NCBI GenBank assembly: GCA_026399095.1
Contig: JAPLRP010000059.1
Span: 10,486 to 74,485, forward strand
DNA length: 64,000 bases
Source of the DNA: Methylococcales bacterium
Lineage (GTDB): Bacteria; Pseudomonadota; Gammaproteobacteria; Methylococcales; Methylomonadaceae
Reading direction: 5' to 3'
A program made the position numbers and the translations under genes. Below are positions 51,250 through 62,139 of the stretch, one piece after another (the stretch's first letter is position 1; each line of letters opens with the position of its first letter). Under the pieces are notes generated by a model. The model did not search any database. It was given only the letters and a program-made list of their open reading frames with translations, and was not told where the DNA came from.

Positions 51250-51387
51250 TTTGAAGTAAATATATTCTAACGATGTTACTTTCAATCTAATTGAAAACTT
51301 TGTAATTGGCTATTAATTACCCAAGAGTCAGCACGGAATAGGTGTTTGCTATGCCATGCTGATCTGTCAGTCGGATTTAAAATGTTC

Positions 51388-53934
51388 CTATGCGCTGATA
51401 TAAGATTCCATTTTATTGAAGTTGAGGTAACGATAAGTATCTTCAGCAGTTTCACTGATTTGATTAGCGTAAAACATATATTCCTCAGCCGTTGGGATTT
51501 TACCTAAAATAGAACATACAGCAGCTAGTTCCGCAGACGATAAATAGACATTTGCACCATTACCGAGGCGGTTAGGGAAATTTCGGGTAGAGGTAGAAAC
51601 CACGGTAGAATTTTCTGCTACGCGAGCTTGATTACCCATGCATAACGAGCATCCCGGCATTTCCATTCGAGCGCCAGCTTTGCCAAAGGTGCTGTAATAA
51701 CCTTCTTCGGTTAATTGGGCTTGATCCATTTTTGTGGGAGGAGCTACCCATAAACGCGTTGGTAATTCACCTTTTTGTTTCTCAAGTAATTTACCAGCCG
51801 CTCTAAAATGTCCGATATTGGTCATGCAAGAGCCCAAGAACACTTCGTCAATCTTGGTTCCGGCAACGTCAGACAGTGTTTTTATATCATCAGGATCATT
51901 AGGACAGGCCAACAAAGGTTCTTTAATGGCACTCATGTCAATTTCGATAATTTCAAAATATTCTGCATCGGCATCTGGTTCAAGTAAAACTGGCGTAGCC
52001 AGCCATTCTTCCATGCTTTTGATACGACGATTAAGCGTGCGTTCGTCGCCATAACCTTCGGCTATCATCCATTTGATTAGCGTGATATTTGAATTGAGAT
52101 ATTCTCTAATTGGCGCTTCATTTAAGCGAATAGTACAACCACCCGCAGAGCGTTCGGCTGAAGCATCTGATAATTCAAATGCTTGTTCAACTTTTAAATC
52201 CGGCAATCCTTCAATTTCCAGAATACGTCCTGAGAATACATTCTTTTTCCCTTTTTTATCAATCGTTAGCAAGCCCCGTTGAATTGCTACATAAGGGATG
52301 GCATTAACCATATCACGCAAAGTAATGCCTGGCTGCATTTCTCCGGTAAAACGAACCAAAACAGATTCAGGCATGTCCAGTGGCATGACACCAGTGGCGG
52401 CTGCAAAGGCAACCAAGCCAGAACCTGCTGGAAAAGAAATTCCAATCGGAAAGCGTGTATGAGAATCTCCGCCTGTACCGACGGTATCGGGCAATAACAT
52501 ACGATTTAACCAGGAATGAATAATGCCGTCGCCAGGGCGCAAGGAAACACCACCGCGATTCATTATAAAATCGGGAAGCGTATGTTGCATTACAACATCA
52601 ACAGGTTTGGGATAAGCCGCAGTATGACAAAAAGACTGTAAAACCAACTCAGCTGAAAAGCCTAAACAGGCTAAGTCTTTTAATTCATCTCGGGTCATTG
52701 GGCCAGTCGTGTCTTGTGATCCAACAGTGGTCATGCGAGGTTCGCAGTAGGTGTTGGGGCGAACACCATTGACGCCACAGGCTTTACCAACTATTTTTTG
52801 AGCGAGTGTAAAACCTTTGCCACTGTCTTCTTCTGTTATTGATTTTAAAAATACAGTTGAAGCTTTTAATCCCAAGGATTTTCTGGCTCGCTCCGTTAAT
52901 CCTCGTCCTATGATTAATGGAATGCGTCCACCTGCACGCACTTCATCAAGAAGGATGTCGGTTTTTAAAGCAAAGGCGGTGACAACTTCATCGCTATCAT
53001 GACGCTTAATAACACCCTTATAGATAAAAATATCTATAACATCACCCATGGCGATATCGGTAACATCACATTCGAACGGCAAGGCGCCGGAATCTTCCAT
53101 CGTGTTGAAGAAAATGGGTGCGATTTTGCTGCCAATACAAACACCACCGTTACGCTTGTTAGGGATAAAGGGGATATCATCGCCGATGAACCATAACACT
53201 GAGTTGGTCGCAGATTTGCGAGATGATCCAGTTCCGACCACATCACCGACATAAGCGACTGGAAAACCTTTTTCTTGTAAATCTTCAATTTGAAGCTCTG
53301 CGTTAGTTATGCCTTCTCTTGGCATTTTTAACATGGCTTTTGCATGGAGTGGAATATCAGGTCTGGACCATGCATCAGGCGCAGGAGACAAATCGTCGGT
53401 ATTGGTTTCACCGGTCACCTTAAAAACTGTAACCGTCATTTTTTCCGGTAAATTTGGTTTATTGGTAAACCATTCCGCGTCTGCCCATGATTGAATGACT
53501 TGTTTTGCAAACATGTTACCCGATTTAGCTTTTTCTTCAATGTCATGAAATGCATCAAAGATCAGTAGGGTGTTTGATAATCCCTTCGCTGCAATTGGCG
53601 CCAGGGTAGGATTGTCTAACAAGTCTATTAAAGGGCTTATGTTATAACCGCCCAACATCGTACCTAATAATTCGGTAGCATCTGAAGGCGTTAAAATAGG
53701 AGAACCAACTTCTCCTTTTGCAATTGCAGTAAGAAAGCCCGCTTTAACATAAGCGGCTTCATCAACACCCGCTGGCACTCGATTGGCCAAAAGGTTAAGA
53801 ATATATTCTTCTTCACCTTTGGGTGGGTTTTTAATTAATTCAACTAAAGCGGTTGTTTGTTCTGCGTCAAGTGGCTTGGGAACAACGCCCTCAGCGGCGC
53901 GTTCTTCAACATGTTTTCGGTACTGTTGTAGCAT
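51388..53934 (-). CDS. acnB: Aconitate hydratase B / 2-methylisocitrate dehydratase
   Basis: [27 protein letters not shown], typical of the AcnB N-terminal HEAT-like domain, and Fe-S ligand regions (CMGNQARV). ATG at 53934 is preferred over 53997. Confidence 0.95.
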   Translation of the reverse strand: MLQQYRKHVEERAAEGVVPKPLDAEQTTALVELIKNPPKGEEEYILNLLANRVPAGVDEAAYVKAGFLTAIAKGEVGSPILTPSDATELLGTMLGGYNISPLIDLLDNPTLAPIAAKGLSNTLLIFDAFHDIEEKAKSGNMFAKQVIQSWADAEWFTNKPNLPEKMTVTVFKVTGETNTDDLSPAPDAWSRPDIPLHAKAMLKMPREGITNAELQIEDLQEKGFPVAYVGDVVGTGSSRKSATNSVLWFIGDDIPFIPNKRNGGVCIGSKIAPIFFNTMEDSGALPFECDVTDIAMGDVIDIFIYKGVIKRHDSDEVVTAFALKTDILLDEVRAGGRIPLIIGRGLTERARKSLGLKASTVFLKSITEEDSGKGFTLAQKIVGKACGVNGVRPNTYCEPRMTTVGSQDTTGPMTRDELKDLACLGFSAELVLQSFCHTAAYPKPVDVVMQHTLPDFIMNRGGVSLRPGDGIIHSWLNRMLLPDTVGTGGDSHTRFPIGISFPAGSGLVAFAAATGVMPLDMPESVLVRFTGEMQPGITLRDMVNAIPYVAIQRGLLTIDKKGKKNVFSGRILEIEGLPDLKVEQAFELSDASAERSAGGCTIRLNEAPIREYLNSNITLIKWMIAEGYGDERTLNRRIKSMEEWLATPVLLEPDADAEYFEIIEIDMSAIKEPLLACPNDPDDIKTLSDVAGTKIDEVFLGSCMTNIGHFRAAGKLLEKQKGELPTRLWVAPPTKMDQAQLTEEGYYSTFGKAGARMEMPGCSLCMGNQARVAENSTVVSTSTRNFPNRLGNGANVYLSSAELAAVCSILGKIPTAEEYMFYANQISETAEDTYRYLNFNKMESYISA

Positions 53935-54283
53935 GGCGAACTCCTTTGAGATTATTAAATAGAGTAATGGGATGGTTGATAAGGTTGCGTTGTTCACCCT
54001 ATATAACTACAAGTATGCTAATGAAAGTACCCGAGTGAAAAAGTTGGTTTACATGATAGCAAAATAAATAAACAGAGGTAAAAATGAATTATAAATAAGT
54101 AATAAATGGACTTTTTAATAAAAAGCTTCTTGAGAAGGATTAAAATATGATTTTTAATGAGCAATTATTAGTTGGAATAATAACACTCAAGTTATCATTA
54201 TCAACAAAAAATGAACAAGATTTATTAAAAATACATTATTGTGAGGTTAAAAAGATCATGTCTACACAGTTTAGGTGTGACAA

Positions 54284-54571
54284 ATGAATAATTGTCAATC
54301 ATGCGGTTTTCAACGCAAGGACTCCGAAAAGAAATGTCCTCAATGTGGTAGTTTTTACCTGACCATAGCAGAACTGATTGCGGAAGAGGTGGCTTATGAA
54401 GAAAAGAACTCATTCCTCGGGCAGTGTAAGCGAATTTTGTTTTCAAATAATATCAAAGATGAACTATTGGTTAAGCTGGGGCAATTTAACGCAGATCTGA
54501 CAAAAAAGGGGATGTTTACTATTTTTTTAATGATTGCTTTTATTTTTGCCTTGCTCCTATCGGTATTGTAA
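54284..54571 (+). CDS. Zinc-ribbon protein with a C-terminal TM anchor
   Basis: CQSC-x12-CPQC at the N-terminus and a hydrophobic C-terminal helix. 95 aa. Confidence 0.45.
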   Translation: MNNCQSCGFQRKDSEKKCPQCGSFYLTIAELIAEEVAYEEKNSFLGQCKRILFSNNIKDELLVKLGQFNADLTKKGMFTIFLMIAFIFALLLSVL

Positions 54572-55228
54572 TTAATGTTTACCAGTTAAGGGTACAAAGC
54601 TGACACCAAGAATTTTTTGATTGACTACTTTATCAGGTGCGGTTTTTTGAACCAGTATCAATTCTTGATAGTTATAAGGTAAGCCTATTGGTATGACCAA
54701 GTTAGCTCCAACCCGTAATTGATCAATCAAGGGGGCAGGGATATGAGTAGCTGCTGCAGTAACTATGATCCCATCATACGGAGCATGTTCCGGCCAACCA
54801 TAATAACCATCATCGTTGTTCAGTATAATGTTTTCATAACCGAGTTTTTTGAGACGTTTACTGGCTGTTTTAGACAGGTCTTTTATTATTTCTATGGAAT
54901 AAACCTGTTTTACCAATTGAGCCAGGATAGCTGCCTGATAACCAGAGCCTGTACCTATTTCTAAAATAACATCAGAGGATTTAGTATTTAATAAGTCGCT
55001 CATCAAAGCAACCATATAAGGTTGAGAGATGGTTTGTCCAGATCCGATAGGGGCTGGGCCGTTTTCATAGGCACAATACTGAAAATCAGCGGGTAAAAAT
55101 TCATGCCTTGGAACTATTCTCATAGCGGCCATAACCTTAGGATCTAATGAGTCTTTGCCAGTTAAATGACAAGTATATCGTGCTTCAATTTCAATATCAT
55201 TTAACATACGATCAAGGCCTTTCATCAA
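54572..55228 (-). CDS. pcm: Protein-L-isoaspartate O-methyltransferase
   Basis: GQTISQPYMVA and VLEIGTGSGYQAA SAM-binding motifs. Confidence 0.9.
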   Translation of the reverse strand: MMKGLDRMLNDIEIEARYTCHLTGKDSLDPKVMAAMRIVPRHEFLPADFQYCAYENGPAPIGSGQTISQPYMVALMSDLLNTKSSDVILEIGTGSGYQAAILAQLVKQVYSIEIIKDLSKTASKRLKKLGYENIILNNDDGYYGWPEHAPYDGIIVTAAATHIPAPLIDQLRVGANLVIPIGLPYNYQELILVQKTAPDKVVNQKILGVSFVPLTGKH

Positions 55229-55408
55229 TTTTCTCCGGTATTTTTATTCCGAATAAGTAGTTTTTTGTATTTGATTATAAATTTCTTTTGATGATTGCCG
55301 AGTTAAGTGTAATTAATATTTAATGGTTATAGTTAGCGTTGCTTAAATGAATGACAAGCCTCTTGCGAGCATGACTTCATTAAGGGGGGTTATAAATTTA
55401 AGGCATAT

Positions 55409-55738
55409 TTATTGGTCAGGAATAGAAAAAGGGTAGTGATAGTAAATTATGTTAAGGTGATGACTAACTTCTTCTATGTCGTTTTTGCCCCAGTTTAGTT
55501 TTGAAAAGCGTTGCCAATTATCAACTTGAGTGAGTAAACTTTTCCAGTCATAGGCTTGTTTCTTTTCGCGCCAATGAATTTGTTGAGTATGACAGGCTAT
55601 GCAATGGTTTTCATAAAGCATGGCCCCTCGTGGTATTTGGATTTTAGTTGGATTTACAATTACAGCAAAAGCGCTGTTAAAAAATAATATAAAAACAAAC
55701 AACATAATAAACGGATATCCTCTCACTTTATTCTCCAT
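55409..55738 (-). CDS. Small secreted monohaem c-type cytochrome-like protein
   Basis: Signal peptide and a single CIACH (CxxCH) motif. 109 aa. Confidence 0.5.
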   Translation of the reverse strand: MENKVRGYPFIMLFVFILFFNSAFAVIVNPTKIQIPRGAMLYENHCIACHTQQIHWREKKQAYDWKSLLTQVDNWQRFSKLNWGKNDIEEVSHHLNIIYYHYPFSIPDQ

Positions 55739-55847
55739 TCAAAATAATAAATAATAACTTTCAGGTGGATTCAATTTTGAAAAAAGTTTGCTTAATATAA
55801 AAGTTCGTTTAAATGCCAACTTTCTTTGAACCGACTAATGTTCTTTC

Positions 55848-56504
55848 TTAAGAAGGTTTGTTTGTAAGTGCTTCGGCATTACGTTTTGCCAAGTTATCAA
55901 TAACAGCGGTTAACGAACCTTTGTTTTGAATTTCGTCGTTAAAAGTCGAGCGGTAGTTGGTCACGAGACTTACACCATCAATCATAATGTCGTAAACCTT
56001 CCATTCACCTCTGCTCAAAAACATGCGGTAATAAAGATCAACGGGTTGTTGACCGGACTGGGCAACGGTGGTTTTAACTAGCGCTTTTGTTGCATTATTT
56101 GCAACCTCTACCGGCAGAAAATTTATAGTCCACTGATTATATTCTACAAAGGCTCTGGAATAGGTTCTTACCAATAAGGTCCTAAATTCATCTTTAAAGC
56201 GCTCCTGTTCTAAAGGCGTTGCAGCTTTCCAGTTTTTGCCGAGCACTAAAGGTGCTATTTTGTCAAAGTCCACATGAGGATCAATAATATTATTTACAAA
56301 TGAAGTGACTTGTGAAAAATTTTTGGTAAAGGATGGGTTCTGTAATTTTTTTTGTATTTGCTCAGAAATATTTTGTATAACTTGTTGAGGTTGTTCAGTC
56401 TCGCCCGCTATCCCTTTATTAGTAAGCATTAAGGCTAGCAAAAGGGTCAGTAAGCATAATAATGCATAGTATTTAGTAAGGCTTCGTATCATTTTGAACC
56501 CCAT
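55848..56504 (-). CDS. MlaC/Ttg2D-family periplasmic lipid-binding protein
   Basis: Signal peptide. VDFDKIAPLVLGKNWKAATPLEQERFKDEFRTLLVRTYS is typical of the MlaC family. Confidence 0.7.
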   Translation of the reverse strand: MGFKMIRSLTKYYALLCLLTLLLALMLTNKGIAGETEQPQQVIQNISEQIQKKLQNPSFTKNFSQVTSFVNNIIDPHVDFDKIAPLVLGKNWKAATPLEQERFKDEFRTLLVRTYSRAFVEYNQWTINFLPVEVANNATKALVKTTVAQSGQQPVDLYYRMFLSRGEWKVYDIMIDGVSLVTNYRSTFNDEIQNKGSLTAVIDNLAKRNAEALTNKPS

Positions 56505-56940
56505 TAAGTAAGGTAACGTTGCTTTGTATTTTTTTCAGCGTTCAATAAATTGGGTAAAGCTTGAATAGATAGTGATAGGGAAAAGTTTTTGGTTGAATTT
56601 TTAATAGACACCATAATCCATATAATTCCAGTGAATGTCTATTAGTATGACTACGTATTGACAAATAATTTTATTGAGAATCTGGTTTAACTTAAACCTG
56701 TTTGAACAGCACTGATTGTGTGTAAAAATAATTTGTCGGGTGTTCTTTCGTACTAGATAAATATTAGTGTTTTGACTTTTTATTCAGTTAGATTGATAGG
56801 ACGGGTTTTTAAGTGCATCAGTGTTCTTAAAAGCATCATCATCCTAAAAGTAAGTCTTTTTATAGGGCTTGTAGGTATTTGTACTAATATTTTTTATTAA
56901 ATTTTTGTGATTTAATCGTCCCGCTTTATTTTTTTAATGT

Positions 56941-56969
56941 CTTTCAATTGGGTTCAATGCCCTTTAAAT
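56941..56969 (+). promoter_or_regulatory. Candidate sigma-32 (heat-shock) promoter
   Basis: CTTTCA-N13-CCCTTTAAA compared with the consensus CTTGAA-N13-15-CCCCATNTA. It ends 27 nt before the ATG at 56995. Confidence 0.25.
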
Positions 56970-56994
56970 CATGTATCTCTAATCGAGGTGTAAT

Positions 56995-57180
56995 ATGTCA
57001 ATAAGTGTAAAAAAAGTTAAAGTAAGTCAAGAAGCTGAAGTATTTAGCGATACAATTTTTCTACCAGATCGTGATGCCAGGATTGCAGAGCTTGCTTATT
57101 ATAAAGCCGAAAGTCTAGGTTTTGAGCCAGGTCACGAATTAGAGGATTGGCTGGAAGCTGAAGGTGAGTTTTTACTGTGA
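56995..57180 (+). CDS. DUF2934-family small protein
   Basis: RIAELAYYKAESLGFEPGHELEDWLEAE matches the DUF2934 signature. Confidence 0.6.
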   Translation: MSISVKKVKVSQEAEVFSDTIFLPDRDARIAELAYYKAESLGFEPGHELEDWLEAEGEFLL

Positions 57181-57274
57181 CGTAACAAAGCTAAAGTTGA
57201 ATGCAGTGGTTAAGCATCGACAATTAGTTGGTTTAAATTCAATAGATAAATAACAATTAAATAAGAGGTATATC

Positions 57275-57763
57275 ATGTCTACTAAAGAAGTTGAAACAAC
57301 AAAAAAATCTGAATTATTACCTAAATCACCATTAGGCAGTTTGTTTTCGTTTGATGAGTTTGATCATTTTTTTGATGATTTTCTCTCCCGCAGATGGCCT
57401 CGTATGTTAGATTTTAATGTCTCTACTTTATCGGACAGCAGTTTTCCTCGCGTTGATATTATCGATCATGATAATAGTATAGAAGTCCAAGCGGCATTGC
57501 CGGGGGTTAAAAAAGAAGATGTGGAAGTTTCAATTAAGAATCAGACCATTACTATACGAGCATCCAGTAAAGAAGAAAAAAAAGAGGAAAAAAAAGATAA
57601 ATATTTTCGAAGAGAGATTAGTCGCGGTGAGTTTAAGCGCATTTTGGCGTTACCTGACAATGTTGATGATGAAAAGGCAACCGCTACTTTTAAAGAGGGT
57701 ATTTTGACAGTCAGTATTCCAAAAACAGAAATAAGTAAACGCAAAAATATAGACATTAAATAA
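57275..57763 (+). CDS. Small heat-shock protein (Hsp20/alpha-crystallin family)
   Basis: Alpha-crystallin domain: VDIIDHDNSIEVQAALPGVKKEDVEVSI...REISRGEFKRILALPDNVD...GILTVSIPK. Confidence 0.9.
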   Translation: MSTKEVETTKKSELLPKSPLGSLFSFDEFDHFFDDFLSRRWPRMLDFNVSTLSDSSFPRVDIIDHDNSIEVQAALPGVKKEDVEVSIKNQTITIRASSKEEKKEEKKDKYFRREISRGEFKRILALPDNVDDEKATATFKEGILTVSIPKTEISKRKNIDIK

Positions 57764-57781
57764 TCATTGTTTGAGAACTTG

Positions 57782-57825
57782 TTCTAAGCAGACATTAATT
57801 AAGGATGATTAATGTCTGCTTAGAA
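57782..57825 (+). terminator. Perfect 18-bp stem-loop after hsp20 (terminator or stability element; no U-tract)
   Basis: TTCTAAGCAGACATTAAT-taaggatg-ATTAATGTCTGCTTAGAA, 19 nt after the hsp20 stop. Confidence 0.5.
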
Positions 57826-57917
57826 ACTTAGCTTTGTATTGCTTTGTTTTAGCTTAAGCTTAAGCTTAAGCACAATTAATCAGTAGGAGTTATTAAAGGC
57901 CTATTAATAAAATTCTT

Positions 57918-58510
57918 ATGGCTATAGCCACTTTAGTGGTTATTATTCTGGGAATACAGACGTATATGATTGTTCAGTTAAAAACGGATTGAATAATTTT
58001 GCAAATCAGTCAGGTAGCTTAAAAATTAAAACGCCAAGCCAACTTGGTTTAACGTTACCCAAACTTGTTCCGGATATAGATGTTTTTAAAGGGCAAACAT
58101 GGAATCCCTATGAAGAAATGCAACACATGCAAAATGAAATGGAACAGCTTTTTGGGGACTCCTTTTTCCGCTTTCATATGAACACACCCTTAGGTGATTT
58201 TACTAAAGTACCTGATGTTGATTTACAAGAAAAACCTAATAAGTACATATTGACAGTCAATGCACCGGGGACTGATCTATCTTCAATGACGGTAAAGCTT
58301 GAAGATAAGGTTTTGTAACTCTCAATTAAAACGGAACATGCAGACGATAAACAAGCGGATGATAAAAATGGTGATTATCGTTTTTGTGAGCGTTTTTTAG
58401 GCGAGTTTAATCTAGCAATAACATTATCCGGAACCGCTGATGCCGCTAAAATAGAAACGGTCTATCATAACGGCATATTGATTATTATCATCCCCAAGGT
58501 TAAAGCTTAG
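57918..58510 (+). pseudogene. Second Hsp20-family gene, disrupted (frameshift near codon 24 plus an in-frame TAA)
   Basis: ATG at 57918 encodes the TM-like MAIATLVVIILGIQTYMIVQLKTD and then stops. The alpha-crystallin domain continues in another frame from 57989 and is cut by TAA at 58316-58318 (..KLEDKVL*LSIKTE..). The same frame stays open to 58510 and ends in the typical ERFLGEF...NGILIIIIPK. Confidence 0.6.
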
Positions 58511-58539
58511 GTTAAGTTACGTTTAATGAGGATGCCTAT

Positions 58540-59472
58540 TTAGCCTTTCCCTTTTGTACGCGTGCGTGAGGGGGATTTATCTTTTGCTGTTTCCATGGTT
58601 TCAAAGCGTTTTTCAATAAACTGAATGATTAAATCAGCGATATCTTTTTCACTGGCCGCTTCGATACCTTTTAAGCCGGGAGATGAGTTAACTTCCATAA
58701 TGACTGGGCCATGATTTGAACGCAACATGTCAACGCCACACACATTTAGTCCCATTATTTTTGCGGCACGAACTGCAGTTGAGCGCTCTTCTGGCGTTAG
58801 ACGAATTAATTCGGCACTACCCCCTCGATGAAGATTGGAGCGAAACTCACCTGGAGAAGCTTGTCGCTTCATGGAGGCAACTACTTTATCACCGACTACA
58901 AAGCATCTTATATCACTCCCCCCGGCTTCTTTAATAAACTCCTGAACCATAATGTTGGCATTAAGTCCCATAAAAGCTTGGATAACGCTTTCAGCAGCAT
59001 TATGTGTTTCGGCCAAAACTACACCAATACCTTGAGTGCCTTGTAATAGTTTAATCACTAAAGGTGCTCCACCGACTTGAGATATTAAATCTTCAATGTC
59101 ATCGGGGTTATTGGCAAAGCCAGTGACTGGTAAACCAATCCCTTTTCTGGCGAGTAACTGAACTGATCGTAATTTATCTCTTGAACGTGAGATAGCGACT
59201 GATTCGTTAAGTGGAAAGACGTTCATCATCTCAAATTGCCTGAGTACCGCAGTACCGTAAAAGGTTACTGAGGCACCAATTCGAGGAATAACAGCATCAA
59301 ACCCGGTCAAATCTTCGCCGCGATAATGAATGGAGGGGTTATGCGACGTAATGTTCATATAGCAACGCAGTACATCCAAAACCCGTACCTCGTGTCCGCG
59401 AGCTTGCGCGGCCTTAACTAATCGAGCGGTTGAATACAGTTTAGGGTTACGCGATAAAATAGCTATTTTCAT
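58540..59472 (-). CDS. rimK: Ribosomal protein S6--L-glutamate ligase (ATP-grasp)
   Basis: [29 protein letters not shown] with the ATP-grasp core. Confidence 0.9.
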   Translation of the reverse strand: MKIAILSRNPKLYSTARLVKAAQARGHEVRVLDVLRCYMNITSHNPSIHYRGEDLTGFDAVIPRIGASVTFYGTAVLRQFEMMNVFPLNESVAISRSRDKLRSVQLLARKGIGLPVTGFANNPDDIEDLISQVGGAPLVIKLLQGTQGIGVVLAETHNAAESVIQAFMGLNANIMVQEFIKEAGGSDIRCFVVGDKVVASMKRQASPGEFRSNLHRGGSAELIRLTPEERSTAVRAAKIMGLNVCGVDMLRSNHGPVIMEVNSSPGLKGIEAASEKDIADLIIQFIEKRFETMETAKDKSPSRTRTKGKG

Positions 59473-59654
59473 GATCTTTTTGATGAAGGCTTAGTTGAGG
59501 TATATTTTGTCATGAAATAGAGTTACAAGCATTAGAAAAACCGTTTTAACGCCAAAACTGTTCTCATATCTAGGGATATAAAAAAGAGGGGGTATAGCGT
59601 TTTCGAAAGTGTTTTAATAACTTAACGATATTGATTGTTAATCATTAAAGATGG

Positions 59655-60734
59655 TTATTCTGAAGGTACATCAGTATTTAACCATAATAAAAAAAGTTCA
59701 TAGCCAAGTGCTAATACGACAGCGCCAATAAAAAGACCAATTACACCCGCGCTAAGTAGTCCTCCTATCGCACCAATAAAAATAACCGCCATAGGCGTTT
59801 TAACCCCACGGCCTAGCAATATGGGTTTTAGAATATTGTCTATCAAACTAATTGGTATACTCCAAATTAGAAATCCCACCGCCGTAAACGTGTCGGCGGT
59901 GTAGAATAAATAAATAATGATAGGAACCACAACAGGCGCTACCCCAATTTGAGCTATGGATAAAATCATACAAAGCAATGCCCAAAGACCGGCTGCTGGA
60001 ATGCCTACAACCATAAAGCCCAATCCTGCCAGTAAGGATTGAATCAAGGCAACGCCCAAAATCCCATTAGCCACACTGCGAATTGTAGCTTCTGTTAAGT
60101 CAGCAAAATCAGCGCCTTTGTCATTGGCAAGCTTTTGAGTGATTGCACGAGCAAATTTGTTACTGCCGCTTGAATTCGCTAATAATATACCAGCGATAAT
60201 AATGGCAACAACAAAATTCAGAATTGCCATGCCAGCCCCAGTAGCTGCTGATAATAACCAACTACCGATTATTTTAAGTACAGGCGTTAATTGTTGTAAA
60301 GCACTTTGAATATTTTCAGACGCCAGTAACCAAAACTTGGCTAGTGGTTCCCCGATAAACATTAATTTGTCCAGATTTTCGGGTGGTGGAGGAATTGATA
60401 GGGAACCATCTCTCATCTTATTCGCCAGCATTTTTAGACCTTCTATCAGTGTTTCAGTCAGCATTGCTGACGGTACAATCATTAAGATTAGAAATCCAAA
60501 GGTAAATCCGGTCGCTGCAAGTTTATGTCGGTCACCTAGGGTTGAGCTTAGGCGAATGTATAGAGGATAAGCAGCAATAGCAATGATAATACCCCAAATT
60601 ATAGGGACTATAAATGGCTGAACGATTTTGAAACACCAAAAAGTAATTATCAGCAACAGACCAATACGTATAGACGCTTCTAGCGATCGTTGGAGAAAAA
60701 TTCGGTCGTTTATTGCTGAATTTGAATCATTCAT
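59655..60734 (-). CDS. AI-2E (PerM/YdiK) family transporter
   Basis: 359 aa, about 8 TM helices, with the typical C-terminal PILLGRG..P motif. Confidence 0.8.
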   Translation of the reverse strand: MNDSNSAINDRIFLQRSLEASIRIGLLLIITFWCFKIVQPFIVPIIWGIIIAIAAYPLYIRLSSTLGDRHKLAATGFTFGFLILMIVPSAMLTETLIEGLKMLANKMRDGSLSIPPPPENLDKLMFIGEPLAKFWLLASENIQSALQQLTPVLKIIGSWLLSAATGAGMAILNFVVAIIIAGILLANSSGSNKFARAITQKLANDKGADFADLTEATIRSVANGILGVALIQSLLAGLGFMVVGIPAAGLWALLCMILSIAQIGVAPVVVPIIIYLFYTADTFTAVGFLIWSIPISLIDNILKPILLGRGVKTPMAVIFIGAIGGLLSAGVIGLFIGAVVLALGYELFLLWLNTDVPSE

Positions 60735-60938
60735 AATTAAGTTCTTTTTTATATTTTTTAAGGATCAATGCACTTTAAATTTTCGGGTAATGTTCTACGA
60801 AATCAATATAGGCTATATCGACTTGGCATACAATGCTTAGTGTCGCTGATTGAGCGTATTGAGTCAGGCTTAGCTCAATTATTGCGGTTAATTTATGTTA
60901 AAATTAAGTTATTAAATAATAATCAAGATTGTCTTAAA

Positions 60939-61754
60939 ATGCCTGAATTACCTGAAGTTGAAACAACCTGTCGAGGCATTGCTCCGCATATTCAAGGGCA
61001 AATTATTAAACAGGTTATTGTTCGTCAGCCTCAATTGCGTTGGCGAGTTCCTGAAGACCTCAATCAAATCTTAACCAGTCTTGTTATTAAATCAGTTTCC
61101 AGAAGGGCGAAATATCTGTTAATGACGACCAGCGCAGGCACGATGTTGGTACATTTAGGTATGTCAGGCAGTTTAAGGATTGTTACAACAGATCAGGAGA
61201 CTGGCAAGCATGATCATATCGATTTTATTTTTAACAATGGCGTCATTATGCGCTATAACGATCCCCGCAGATTTGGCGCGGTGTTATGGACTTCAGAGCC
61301 GTTAGAAAATCATCCGTTGCTTAAAGACTTAGGTCCTGAGCCTTTGTTGGCTGATTTTACTGGTGAATTGCTTTATTCACTATCCAGAAATCGTAAAGTA
61401 CCGGTTAAGTCATTTATTATGGATAGTCATGTCGTTGTAGGGGTCGGTAATATCTATGCAAACGAAGCCTTATTTACGGCGGGAATTTTGCCTTTACGCC
61501 AAGCCGGGAAAGTTTCTTTGGCTCGTTATCAAAAATTGGTGAGCTGTATTCAGGTTGTTTTGCAAAACTCTATACAGCAAGGTGGAACAACATTACGGGA
61601 TTTTGTTAATGAGACTGGTAATCCCGGTTATTTCAAGCAACAACTTAAGGTTTATGGGCGCAAGGGCTTACCTTGTTATGCCTGCCAGCAGCTCTTAACA
61701 GAAGCAAGGTTGGCTAATCGCTCAACGGTCTTTTGTACTAATTGTCAGCGTTAA
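60939..61754 (+). CDS. mutM: Formamidopyrimidine-DNA glycosylase
   Basis: MPELPEVET N-terminus and the C-terminal zinc finger CYACQQ...CTNCQ. ATG at 60939 is preferred over 60768. Confidence 0.95.
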   Translation: MPELPEVETTCRGIAPHIQGQIIKQVIVRQPQLRWRVPEDLNQILTSLVIKSVSRRAKYLLMTTSAGTMLVHLGMSGSLRIVTTDQETGKHDHIDFIFNNGVIMRYNDPRRFGAVLWTSEPLENHPLLKDLGPEPLLADFTGELLYSLSRNRKVPVKSFIMDSHVVVGVGNIYANEALFTAGILPLRQAGKVSLARYQKLVSCIQVVLQNSIQQGGTTLRDFVNETGNPGYFKQQLKVYGRKGLPCYACQQLLTEARLANRSTVFCTNCQR

Positions 61755-61830
61755 TGAGCTCAGTAATAGATGACCAAAAAACTCTAATTACTTGCTTTAC
61801 AGGCATAAATCCCTATAATCATCTTTGCTT

Positions 61831-62012
61831 TCAGGTTCCAGAAGATAGTCAAATCTAATGGTTAAACGGGAAGTCGGTAAGGTTTACCCCAAATCCGACG
61901 CTGCCCCCGCAACGGTATATAAGTAAAGATTCATCAATACGCCACTGTGTATATTAACATGGGAAGGTGATGGATCAGGTTAGCGCCACTTATAAGCCCG
62001 GAGACCGGCCGT
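61831..62012 (+). promoter_or_regulatory. Cobalamin (B12) riboswitch
   Basis: AACGGGAAGTCGGT...CCGACGCTGCCCCCGCAACGGTA...GCCACTG...GGGAAGG...AGCCCGGAGACCGGCC match the conserved cobalamin-riboswitch core and B12 box. It is preceded by TTGCTT-N16-TATAAT (61792-61819). Confidence 0.85.
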
Positions 62013-62139
62013 AAGCATAATTCGCAACAGCGGAGGGCTGTTTTGCGTGTGAATGCGCGTGCCTGTCTGTGTCTTTCATTTCTATTGTCCTCCGTTGTTA
62101 TTACTCAATCTCTATGCGCGGGCGGCGCAGAGGACAATC

